Positions 1 to 8,910 of a DNA stretch of 15,894 nt are shown here, in pieces (position 1 is the stretch's first letter; each line of letters starts with the position of its first letter). The notes below the pieces were generated by a model, which saw nothing but the letters and a program-made list of their open reading frames with translations, made no database searches and was not told the origin of the DNA. The position numbers and the translations under genes were made by a program. Source of the stretch: Candidatus Ratteibacteria bacterium (GTDB taxonomy: Bacteria; Ratteibacteria; UBA8468; B48-G9; DTJG01); assembly GCA_049971295.1 (NCBI GenBank), contig JBMFLH010000043.1, positions 1 through 15,894 on the forward strand, written 5' to 3'.

Positions 1-2014
1 ACCCATATCTACTTGGAACAGTTTTTGAAAACATGCTTCCTGACGTAGATATAAGTTTTGCTGTGGAAACCTGGAAATTTTTACCCCTTCTATCTACATC
101 TTTCAGAAACATGGCAAGTGCTTTATAATGAAAGTATAAGTCCTTTTTATCGATAAATGGCCACCACCAGAACAACGCTGTTCCAAGCATCGGTGATAGG
201 GATGATGTCCATATTCCTGCATGAAGATTGTTTTCAAGTTCCCTGCTGTTTCTTCCCACGCCGAATTCATGAATCTGCATTGGTTTTTCAAAGGGTTTTC
301 TCTTAAAATAATATTCCCTCATGGTATCAACCACGGTTTGACTGTATGCATTGCTAACAAGTGTTTCAATATCCTTTACTATCCAGACCATTGGATCAGC
401 ATTTGGTCTGCAGATGTGACTGGTCACGGGATGTTTGTACGGATCCATTTTTTTTAAAAGAGGGATCAGTCGTTCATGCCATTGTCTGATATTCTTTGAA
501 TCATAATATCCAGTAAGATCTACTTCATTCCACATCTCCCAGAAGGCAATCTGTGTTGAATATCCCCATCGCGCGACAATATACCTGAGCCGTTTTAAGA
601 ACCATTTTTCCGCTTCACCGCTATTAAAAAATTCATCCGGAGAATTCAAAAAACCACCATTGATAACATTATACGGATTATCCCACCATTCTGCGTCAGG
701 CCTGATACTGAACTGTCCATGATTAATTAGCGTTAAAACGATGTATATGCCATTTTCTCTCGCTATGTCCAGGATATAGTCAAGTTTCCAGGAATTTTCC
801 AGGCTATAACGTCCAATGCCTTCGTAGTGCTGTGCGTAAGCAGGTGTCCATTCAATACCCACCCACCATGCACCCATCCACATTCTGATGTAATTTTCGA
901 AATTATCTTTCATTTTTTTAAAATAATCGTCATAGGCGAATGTACCCATTCCTTTGTCAGGAGTAAAATCATATTTATATGGTTGTCGCAAGTCATCAGG
1001 AGAACGAAGAACATGGCCTATTGGATAAAAAAAGTCGCCATTTGAAAAAGCAAGACATTGCGGATCCTGATGGTCCCATCTGATAAATCCAGGGTTCGCG
1101 CCAGAAATACATTTGAACCAACCACAGTCGAATTTTTTTGTCTTTCCAGCAAAGCTTAAAACAATTTCATACCTGTAATCCCCGATTTCCTCAGGCGCAA
1201 ATCTTATGCACCAGCGATGTTTCCCGTATGGATACAGGTTCTCACCATTTTCTTCAAGACACCTAATGTAGTCTCTGTAAAAAAACGCAGGGACTGATAT
1301 TTTTTTACCTGATAGGGAATAAAAAATCCCGGAAATCTCAATCTCTTCCGGGTCAAAAGGATTATCAAAAACAAAAGGAACTTCAAATGATACCTCAAAT
1401 TTATCATACTGTGGAATTGTTTCAGCATTTGTTTCAAAATTAAAAAGAAAAATTTGTTGCTCGGTCTGTTGTGGAATTGCTTGCACATTGTCAATATAAA
1501 TGGTACCGGAAAAAGGGAAGTAAAAGAAAAATTTTATTCCAAATTCTCGGATATTTCTTTTTGTGTATCCATCCCAGCATGCAAGACCTGTGGCGGGCTG
1601 CCATTGAGAACTTGTATCAGAGATGTCAATTGTAAATCTTTTCCTTTCATTCAGATTAATCTGATAAAGACCCGTCTGAAACCATGTCCAGTTTTTGTCC
1701 TTGATATAGCAGATAAAGGAAACATAATTTTTGGTTTTTGATGGTATGTAAATATCCAGGGATAACGTGTCAGAATGAGTCAGGTCAAAATCAGCATCAA
1801 CCTTTACCCAGGACTCTTCCATGCCCGGCACATCAATAGCCAGCGAATTTGCTCCGCTTGAAACGAAATCCTTTGAAATTCTTAATGTTTGTTGCTCATA
1901 AACAGATGACCAGTTCTGCGTGCCATTTTCAAAATCAAAAAGAATTTCTGCTGCCGCATCACAGGCAAAACAGACAAAAAATGCTATTACAACGTTAAAT
2001 ATCAATTTTTTCAT
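1..2014 (-). CDS. Secreted glycoside hydrolase: signal peptide + CBM-like galactose-binding-domain fold + DUF5060 + GH5-like (clan A) catalytic domain; 3'-partial, at least 671 aa
   Basis: Manual translation: ATG at 2014 (MKKLIFNVVIAFFVCFACDAAA|EILFDFENG), open to the window edge with no stop, which explains its absence from the ORF track. CBM-like motifs LFDFENG..W, DTLSLDIYIP, WTWFQ, GTIYIDNV. DUF5060-like motifs QYDKFEVSF, DNPFDPEEI, W.IRFAPEE.G.Y.Y. Catalytic-domain motifs RLRYIVARWGYS, WEMWNEVD (acid/base E), IHEFG (nucleophile E), LFWWW. Start overlaps the upstream gene end by 20 nt. Confidence 0.88.
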   Translation of the reverse strand, partial: MKKLIFNVVIAFFVCFACDAAAEILFDFENGTQNWSSVYEQQTLRISKDFVSSGANSLAIDVPGMEESWVKVDADFDLTHSDTLSLDIYIPSKTKNYVSFICYIKDKNWTWFQTGLYQINLNERKRFTIDISDTSSQWQPATGLACWDGYTKRNIREFGIKFFFYFPFSGTIYIDNVQAIPQQTEQQIFLFNFETNAETIPQYDKFEVSFEVPFVFDNPFDPEEIEISGIFYSLSGKKISVPAFFYRDYIRCLEENGENLYPYGKHRWCIRFAPEEIGDYRYEIVLSFAGKTKKFDCGWFKCISGANPGFIRWDHQDPQCLAFSNGDFFYPIGHVLRSPDDLRQPYKYDFTPDKGMGTFAYDDYFKKMKDNFENYIRMWMGAWWVGIEWTPAYAQHYEGIGRYSLENSWKLDYILDIARENGIYIVLTLINHGQFSIRPDAEWWDNPYNVINGGFLNSPDEFFNSGEAEKWFLKRLRYIVARWGYSTQIAFWEMWNEVDLTGYYDSKNIRQWHERLIPLLKKMDPYKHPVTSHICRPNADPMVWIVKDIETLVSNAYSQTVVDTMREYYFKRKPFEKPMQIHEFGVGRNSRELENNLHAGIWTSSLSPMLGTALFWWWPFIDKKDLYFHYKALAMFLKDVDRRGKNFQVSTAKLISTSGSMFSKTVPSRYG

Positions 2015-4313
2015 CAATTTCATAAATAGTCTCTATTGTCTTTGAAATGGAATGCACCGTTAAATCAGTGCCAAATTTAATCTGAAATTCCGTCTTATCT
2101 ATCCTAAAAGAAAGAGGAGAAGTATTTAGGGCTATTTTTGGCTCTGTTTTTTCTTCCGCAGTGATTCTTACTCTTGGATGATATGCCAGCAAATCAGCAA
2201 TCGGCTTAAATTTTATTTTTATTTCAAATTTCTCGTCTGCTGGTTGAAAAATCATTGCACCACCAAGACCTGGTTCAGATGATTCTGGTAAAACAGATTC
2301 AAATTTTCCAGCCCTTGGTGAAAAATAAACCTCAATTCTCATTCCTGGTTTCAATTTTTCAAAAGATATTGAAGATATTCCAAATTCTCCTTCGGTTGAA
2401 TAGTTGCGAATGACCTTTATCTGGTTTGTGGTAATATCGAGCCAGGGGAAAATTAATGAAATACCTTCTGATTTTCTCCATCTATCGGGGCTAAACTGAA
2501 GGTTCTTTTTTAACTTAACAGAATATTTGTTATCTCTTTGAAATATCATTGTGTAGGGCTCTGTTAAAGAAATTTTATCGTCAGAAATACATCCAATCTC
2601 GCAATCAACATACTTCCTTTCAGTGGCAAAAGGAATAATTTCAAGCATTTCAGTTTCCTGAAAAAGAAGTGTGCAATCTTCTGTAAGAGAAGTGAAATTA
2701 GTATAATAGAATTTTGTGGTGGATAGATTGAGAACAACAAACCTTGCCCCACTTTCAACCATCGTATCGTCTTTTAAATACTGCTTAAAATTTTTTAAAA
2801 CATCTTTTATTTGTTGTATCATTGACCTGTTTTTTGTAGTGGAAGCAATTTCATTAAGAATTTTTATCCCTTCGTCAAAAAAATTTGCCTGAATTAAAAG
2901 CTGCGCTGCCTGAAATCTGGCGTATTCACCAACATCTTTATCAGAAATATACTGCTTAAGAATTTGATGTGCCTGGTCAAACTGTTCAAGATTTATCAAG
3001 CATTTCACAAGGGGTTGAATTGCAACTTTCTCTCTATATTGATAGGCAAGTAATTCATAAAGTTCTTTCCCTTTTTTATAATCAGAAAGAATATCAGTAT
3101 AAAGTGATGCCTCTCTTCGTATAATATCCCGAATGACACTTTCATCGGAAATTTTTTCTCTGAATTCTTCATACATTTTAATTTTTTCTCCGGCTGTTTC
3201 CTCTGTTTCAGGAATCCCTGCAAATTTTAAGTCAACAAATTTTGAAAAAAGTTTTTTCATACCTGGAGATTCCTTGTTTTTTTCAAAAATTTCAGCAAAG
3301 GATGGTGCAATTTTTTCTCTTATTAATTTTGCTGTATCAGAATCTGTCCTTGCAAGATTTGTCATCATATCAACAGCCCATTGCGCTGCTGGATGTTCAG
3401 GAAATACAATAACAAAAGAGTAAAAAAAGTCTACATCTCTTCCAAACCATCTATACCAATTTTTCAAAATTCTCTCTGATACATTTCCATTAGAACCCAC
3501 ACTTTCTTCAATCTTTTTCATTCTCAAAAACGCATCCTGAAATTTGCCTTTTTTCATTTCTGCCATCGCAAGAATAAAATTGTACGAAAACTGGTCATTT
3601 TCTACTTTCCCTGCAAATTCTTCAAATTTTCCTGACTCCCATATCAATTCAACAGCAGAAATCAGTGGTGAGATCTTACTGGACCATGCACTCCAGAGTG
3701 TTGCAGACCTCAGAAAATATTCGGCTGCAAGTTCATTTTTCTCCAGATTCTTATAATATGTTGCGATTTTCCCATAGGATGAAGGGTCATCCGGCTTATA
3801 TTCGAGAGATTTTCTGTATGCCTCTATCGCTCCTGCAAAATCATTATTAATACCTTTTTGATTTCCAATTTCTTTCAATGCCTCCGCAAGAATATTTTTG
3901 CAGAACGACTGAAGTGGTTCTGTGTTCTTCGCGGCCTTCATTTTTTCGAGAAAAATCCCGCAATCTTCAACAATGGACTCAAAGTTTTTTCCATCCCTAT
4001 AGATATTAACAAGGTTCTGCAATGCCTGTCTTATGTTCCACTGGTTTCTTGAATAATCGGTAGTATTAAGAAATGTTCTAAATGACTGAATTGCTTCCTG
4101 GTTTTTTCCAATTCTTGAATACGCCATACCAAGATAAAAATACAAATCAGGTTGTTCTAAACCTTCCTTGATTGCTTTATTTGCAATCTCAATTGTCGAC
4201 GCAAATTCGTTTTTCTGAAATGCCTGAATAATATCCCTTAATTCAACCTTCTTTTCCTGACACAGCAGTATTGAAGATAGAAAAATTATAAACAATAATA
4301 GTTTTTTACTCAT
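1995..4313 (-). CDS. Secreted/periplasmic tetratricopeptide repeat (TPR) protein, 772 aa, with a beta-rich C-terminal region of unknown function
   Basis: Long ORF with an N-terminal signal peptide (MSKKLLLFIIFLSSILLC). TPR-type helices (LYFYLGMAYSRIGKNQEAIQSF; DFAGAIEAYRKSLEYKPDDP; ARFQAAQLLIQANFFDEGIKIL). The last ~250 aa look beta-strand rich. Confidence 0.85.
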   Translation of the reverse strand: MSKKLLLFIIFLSSILLCQEKKVELRDIIQAFQKNEFASTIEIANKAIKEGLEQPDLYFYLGMAYSRIGKNQEAIQSFRTFLNTTDYSRNQWNIRQALQNLVNIYRDGKNFESIVEDCGIFLEKMKAAKNTEPLQSFCKNILAEALKEIGNQKGINNDFAGAIEAYRKSLEYKPDDPSSYGKIATYYKNLEKNELAAEYFLRSATLWSAWSSKISPLISAVELIWESGKFEEFAGKVENDQFSYNFILAMAEMKKGKFQDAFLRMKKIEESVGSNGNVSERILKNWYRWFGRDVDFFYSFVIVFPEHPAAQWAVDMMTNLARTDSDTAKLIREKIAPSFAEIFEKNKESPGMKKLFSKFVDLKFAGIPETEETAGEKIKMYEEFREKISDESVIRDIIRREASLYTDILSDYKKGKELYELLAYQYREKVAIQPLVKCLINLEQFDQAHQILKQYISDKDVGEYARFQAAQLLIQANFFDEGIKILNEIASTTKNRSMIQQIKDVLKNFKQYLKDDTMVESGARFVVLNLSTTKFYYTNFTSLTEDCTLLFQETEMLEIIPFATERKYVDCEIGCISDDKISLTEPYTMIFQRDNKYSVKLKKNLQFSPDRWRKSEGISLIFPWLDITTNQIKVIRNYSTEGEFGISSISFEKLKPGMRIEVYFSPRAGKFESVLPESSEPGLGGAMIFQPADEKFEIKIKFKPIADLLAYHPRVRITAEEKTEPKIALNTSPLSFRIDKTEFQIKFGTDLTVHSISKTIETIYEIDEKIDI

Positions 4314-4449
4314 CGCTCAAAACCGTGATATTCGCAATTAATATAAAGAACATTTGGTGCATTCTTTTTTGTTTTATATTACCACATTTGAAATTGGATA
4401 CATAGAATCCTCCGTTCATTTGACGCAGAATAAAAAATATTGTTTATTG

Positions 4450-4478
4450 TTGAAACAGTTCTTTAACTCTGGTAAGAT
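4450..4478 (+). promoter_or_regulatory. Putative sigma70 promoter with extended -10
   Basis: TTGAAA (4450-4455), 17-nt spacer, TAAGAT (4473-4478) preceded by TGG; ends 16 nt before ATG 4495, in the divergent intergenic region. Confidence 0.65.
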
Positions 4479-4494
4479 ATATAAAGGGCCTGAA

Positions 4495-6336
4495 ATGATT
4501 ATAGAATATTCAAATCTTGACGATGGTAAGAAAATCTTCTTGAACAGGGAACTTGCAGATATTTTATATCTTTGTAGGAGAAGAAAAATCTTTGTCCCGG
4601 AGTTGAATATCAATGTTGTCTCTTTATTAGGATGTCCCCAGATACCAGAGCACGTACAAAACAAAATCTCCATTAAGTTACCTTCAAAAAGCAATCATTT
4701 CAACAGTTTCAGCCAGATGTGTGATTATGAAAATGATATTCAAACAAGCCAGGTTATTAAAGATAACGATGTTATCTGGGTGATCGGCGGTGGCGCAGAG
4801 GGAGCAATTTACGGTTTTTACCAGACAATTAAAAACATCACTGGTATCAGGTGGTATGGAACCAGCGGATGTGACATAGCATTTGCAAAGCCAGTATCAG
4901 AAATTGAAAAAATATACAGGCCCAGGGTACCGCTGAGAGGCTTTGAGTTTTCGCCAAAAAATCAAAACTATCAGTTCTCAGAGAAATTTTTGAAATGGAT
5001 GGTCAGAAATGGATGGAACCTGCTTGATATCAATGTTTCACACTGGGAAAAATATTCAAGAAAACATGAGTTTACAAGATGGTGCGACACATTTGGAATA
5101 AGACTCGCTATTGGCTGTCATGCAATTGATTTTTTCATCCCTGAATCCATTTTTAACGTGATGCCGGACATATTCGGCATGAGAAATGGCACTCGCTGTA
5201 TCACATCCATAGTAGGTTCTCCTGATATAAAAAAAAGATGGAAGGCAAAAATACAGCCATGTTATACAAATTCGAAGACACGAGAACTTTATGTCAAGGC
5301 AGTTGTTGAATTCATTAATAGCCATCCTGAAACCTATATTTTTTCTCTCTGGCCACACGATGGCATTAACAACTGGTGCCAGTGCCATAATTGCAGGAAA
5401 CAATCACCTTACGAAATGATGTACCGCATCGCTCTTGAAATTTCAGGAAAACTTGGTAGATTTATTCCTATTGAGCTACTTTGCTATTCAAATATGCTTC
5501 ATCTCCCCGGTAAGCATCTTCCTTTTTCTTCAAATACTTATACGATTTTCTGCCCTTATCTCAGGCATTATCGGCACAGGATTTTCGATCCAGGGTTTAA
5601 TCAATCGCAATTAACCCTGGGCGTAAAATATCCTGATGAAGACCCAATAAATCCTGTTGATGACAGGGAATACGGAGTCTTGCTGTCAAAATGGCTACCT
5701 TACCTGGAAAAAACAGGTTCATCTTTTGGCGTGTTTTCTTATTACCAGCTTGTATTTCACGATCAAACAGAAAGATCTGACAGATCCCGGTATCTGTATC
5801 AACCAGAACCTGCTATTGTTGAGGATGAAATTAACTGGTTTATAAAATCTGGGATGAAGGTTTTTTACGATTGTTCTCCACCTTACCCTGGCTTTTGGCC
5901 TGATGGAAGATTTTATGCCTATCTCCCGCAACAGATGTGGGAAAATTCTCAGAACACTGATAGACTTGTGATAGAATATTACAGGACAATTGCAGGAGAA
6001 AGAGCAGAAGTGTTGAAAAATATTTTAAGAATTATTGCAAATACTATCAATGAGAACAATGAAATTCCATCAGATATTGTTAATACTGCAAAAGGGATTT
6101 TCAATTCACTTGAACAACCATTAAAACAAAAATACCAGATGTGGCTTGAGTATGTGATACTTGGTAAAAATTCCTGGAAAGAATTAAAACAACAAAACAT
6201 TAGCAGTATGATTGAAATAGAAAAAAAGATTATCGCGTTTTTTGAAGATAATCGTTCATTTCTTGAGGACTTCATCAATGTTGATTACATGATCAGACAT
6301 TGTCAATCGATAATAAATTTTTATACTTCTCAATAA
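4495..6336 (+). CDS. DUF4838-type protein (glycoside-hydrolase-like TIM barrel with GH20/GH67-like N-terminal domain), about 613 aa, no signal peptide
   Basis: ORF track frame 4354-6336; start moved to ATG 4495 because a good promoter lies inside the TTG-initiated extension. Motifs IGGGAEGAIYGFY..I....GIRWY, P.VPLRG, KWMVRNGWN, GCHAI, QPCYTN, PHDGINNWCQCHNC, YYQ. Confidence 0.75.
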   Translation: MIIEYSNLDDGKKIFLNRELADILYLCRRRKIFVPELNINVVSLLGCPQIPEHVQNKISIKLPSKSNHFNSFSQMCDYENDIQTSQVIKDNDVIWVIGGGAEGAIYGFYQTIKNITGIRWYGTSGCDIAFAKPVSEIEKIYRPRVPLRGFEFSPKNQNYQFSEKFLKWMVRNGWNLLDINVSHWEKYSRKHEFTRWCDTFGIRLAIGCHAIDFFIPESIFNVMPDIFGMRNGTRCITSIVGSPDIKKRWKAKIQPCYTNSKTRELYVKAVVEFINSHPETYIFSLWPHDGINNWCQCHNCRKQSPYEMMYRIALEISGKLGRFIPIELLCYSNMLHLPGKHLPFSSNTYTIFCPYLRHYRHRIFDPGFNQSQLTLGVKYPDEDPINPVDDREYGVLLSKWLPYLEKTGSSFGVFSYYQLVFHDQTERSDRSRYLYQPEPAIVEDEINWFIKSGMKVFYDCSPPYPGFWPDGRFYAYLPQQMWENSQNTDRLVIEYYRTIAGERAEVLKNILRIIANTINENNEIPSDIVNTAKGIFNSLEQPLKQKYQMWLEYVILGKNSWKELKQQNISSMIEIEKKIIAFFEDNRSFLEDFINVDYMIRHCQSIINFYTSQ

Positions 6337-6345
6337 GGACTTTTT

Positions 6346-8907
6346 ATGAATATGAAAATTGTAAAAATTTTTGTGTTCATGCTTGTCTCTTTCACTTCGA
6401 CTATTCTTGCTCAGGACAATGAATCAATATATGTCAGATTCAAAATGGTAGAACCAAAAGATACAAATTATTATGTAAAAATTGGTGGTTATATTCACAT
6501 TCCAAACTGGTACATTCCTGTTGCCTATGTACCAGGAAATGCCCAACAAAACTCCCAATTTTGGGTGAAAGCAGGAACCTTTACACCATGGTTTGACCTC
6601 AAAAAGCACGCCGGAAAATCTCTCCATGGCCGGCTCAATCGCTCTGGCGGAATTGCTGAATTTCCAAACATCACAGCTGACTTTATTACTGATAAGCCAT
6701 ATCCCGAAAGAAAAATTATTATCGAACTTGCCACTTTGCCTGACGAAACAAAGGTGGTGAAAAAGTTTGAAGAAGCCTATAAAGGGAGTTTAACAAGTTT
6801 TCTCGTCTCAAACGATATCAAAAAAGATGCTGAATTTTTTGAAACAGCAAGTCAGATGACAGAAAGACATCTTAATTGGGCAAAAGAAGCGACAGATGGC
6901 AAAAGACATTCACCTGAAAAACTTATTATTCAGACATCATTCTGGGCACCACAGCGGGAAGAGTTAAATCTGAAAGAAGCACAGGTTCTATGGTTACTTG
7001 GTTTTAATGTTGTTGGTAATCAAACAAAAGAAGTAAGAGAAAACTATAGTTTTAAGACACCAGGACACCTGTGGGCGAGTTTTGGTCCAGAAGTATCAAG
7101 AGATGATGCAGAAACCCAGGTGAAAAGAATTGCAGAGCAGTATAGGAAGCAGAATATCGTGATAGAATCAGGCACACCTTTCAATTTTTCAGACGAAGTG
7201 ACATGTCCGCAAATTAAAAACAATCCAGTGGCGATTGAAAATTTCCACGCATACTTAAAACAACAAAAAGTAAAACCTGAGGAAATCGGAGTAAAAAAAA
7301 TTGAAGAGGCAGTTCCTATCGAAACGCCGGATGCATTAAAAGAGCAACAAAAGAAAAATTTATCTGCCGCCAATAGATTGTTCTACCATACGTCGAGATT
7401 CAGACAAATTTCAACAAATGAAAGGTTCAGATGGCTTACTGAAGCGGTTCACAAATATATTTCAAAGGATGTTTATACTTCAACTCTCGTAGCAGACCAC
7501 CCTTATTTCGCGGGCACAGGTATGGGTATGGGAATGGGACCAAATCCTGCCTGGGGTTCAACCCCGCTTGCCTGTGATTGGTTTGATATGGCGAGACAAA
7601 AAGCAGTGGACATGGCTGGCATTGAGGACTGGATGGGGCTTCAATACATGTATGGGCCTAACTGGACATGGGAAGGATTTCAACTGATGGGATTTCAAGC
7701 ATCAATCTTTAGAAGTGGCAGCAGTTCAACGATACCGATTATGGCTTGGATCACTCCAAGTGATGAAATCAACCTCAGATTGAAAACTGCCTCAGCACTG
7801 TGCCAGGGTGCAAAACATTTCTTCTACTGGACATATGGACCAACTGCAACAAGTACAGAAAATTACTGGTCTGATCTTTGCGGCGAATACGATGGAATTG
7901 CAAAAATCACAAGGCAATTAACTCAGGCAGAACATATCCTTGCGGATGGAAGAACAAGACCAACAAATGTTGCTCTTCTGTACAGTATTTCTTCTGACCT
8001 CTGGCAACCATTTGGCTATGTACATATGCTTGAAAGGCGCCTGACATACTTTGCCCTTACTCATCAGCAATATCTTGTGGATATGCTAACAGAAGAAGAT
8101 ATCATCGCGGGAAAACTGAAAAACTATTCAGTTCTTTATGTCACAGACCCGTGTATTCACCAGCAGGCAGTAGAAGAAATAAAAAAATGGGTAAGAAACG
8201 GAGGTTACATACGTGGCACATGTGGTGCAGGAACAAGAAATCAATTCAATGAAAAAATTCCGGGGCTTGCTGAAGTCTTTGGAATAAGACCACACCCAGA
8301 AGTTTTTGTTCAACAAGGCAGATGGCATATACGTGGTGCATTGAATGGAATAGATTATCTTGATACCATTACTCCAGGTTCAAATAACCTGTATGATTGC
8401 ACAATTGGTGCGATAGGAGCAAAAATCAGTTTCAAGGTTTCAACTGGTAAAGTCATTGCAACTTTTGGTGATGGAAGTCCGGCATGTGTGAGAAACCAGT
8501 ACAGGAAAGGAATTGCTGAATATATTGGAAGTTGTCCAGCCATTGCCTATGGAAAAGAAGCAAAGTTTGTCACAAATGCCCTGAAAGAAAAATGGCAGGA
8601 CAATATAAGAAAATGGGTACTGGGCGAAATCATTAAAAATGGAAAAAAACTCGTGGATATTTCTCATCCTGTTGTTGAGGCAGGCGTTTACGATTCCCAA
8701 AATGGGACGTGCCTTGTACTTGCGAATTTTACTTACCAGCCGATAGAAAACCTGAATGTTGTAATTGATGTACCAAAAAAGCCGTTAAGAGTGACCTCTT
8801 GTGAATCCGGCATATTGAAATTTAATGCAAAGCCATTTGGCAAAGGACACAGAGTTGACTTTTCCATGCCACTTGGTATCAATGATATCGTGATGATTGA
8901 ATTTTAA
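6346..8907 (+). CDS. Secreted GH42-like protein with beta-galactosidase trimerisation-type (GATase1-like) domain, 853 aa
   Basis: Signal peptide ending ILA|QD. Candidate catalytic acids in FSDEV and GIEDW. GAKHFFYWTYGP followed by VALLYSISSDLW, VDMLTEED, LKNYSVLYV, IKKWVRNGG and GLAEVFG, typical of the GH42 middle/trimerisation domain. AAGGA SD-like sequence upstream; start may be 6346 or 6352. Confidence 0.75.
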   Translation: MNMKIVKIFVFMLVSFTSTILAQDNESIYVRFKMVEPKDTNYYVKIGGYIHIPNWYIPVAYVPGNAQQNSQFWVKAGTFTPWFDLKKHAGKSLHGRLNRSGGIAEFPNITADFITDKPYPERKIIIELATLPDETKVVKKFEEAYKGSLTSFLVSNDIKKDAEFFETASQMTERHLNWAKEATDGKRHSPEKLIIQTSFWAPQREELNLKEAQVLWLLGFNVVGNQTKEVRENYSFKTPGHLWASFGPEVSRDDAETQVKRIAEQYRKQNIVIESGTPFNFSDEVTCPQIKNNPVAIENFHAYLKQQKVKPEEIGVKKIEEAVPIETPDALKEQQKKNLSAANRLFYHTSRFRQISTNERFRWLTEAVHKYISKDVYTSTLVADHPYFAGTGMGMGMGPNPAWGSTPLACDWFDMARQKAVDMAGIEDWMGLQYMYGPNWTWEGFQLMGFQASIFRSGSSSTIPIMAWITPSDEINLRLKTASALCQGAKHFFYWTYGPTATSTENYWSDLCGEYDGIAKITRQLTQAEHILADGRTRPTNVALLYSISSDLWQPFGYVHMLERRLTYFALTHQQYLVDMLTEEDIIAGKLKNYSVLYVTDPCIHQQAVEEIKKWVRNGGYIRGTCGAGTRNQFNEKIPGLAEVFGIRPHPEVFVQQGRWHIRGALNGIDYLDTITPGSNNLYDCTIGAIGAKISFKVSTGKVIATFGDGSPACVRNQYRKGIAEYIGSCPAIAYGKEAKFVTNALKEKWQDNIRKWVLGEIIKNGKKLVDISHPVVEAGVYDSQNGTCLVLANFTYQPIENLNVVIDVPKKPLRVTSCESGILKFNAKPFGKGHRVDFSMPLGINDIVMIEF

Positions 8908-8910
8908 GAA

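Noticed and set aside
1410..1479. Direct repeat TGTGGAATTG at 1410 and 1470
   Set aside because: Only two 10-nt copies, within coding sequence (AIPQ/TIPQ); not a CRISPR array or a credible operator.
103..1741. Short track ORFs (103-291, 221-457, 827-1045, 1204-1494, 1454-1741) suggesting a fragmented or recoded region
   Set aside because: All overlap the continuous minus-strand GH frame starting at 2014; I checked the homopolymer runs and found no frameshift or in-frame stop, so no pseudogene or alternative genetic code is needed.
4354..4494. TTG-initiated 47-aa N-terminal extension of the DUF4838-type gene
   Set aside because: No SD sequence; it would fill the divergent promoter region and contains a good sigma70 promoter, so ATG 4495 is preferred.
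7519..7539. GGTATG-like tandem repeat as a contingency locus
   Set aside because: Imperfect, in-frame 6-nt unit with synonymous variation encoding GMGMGMG; it looks protein-constrained.
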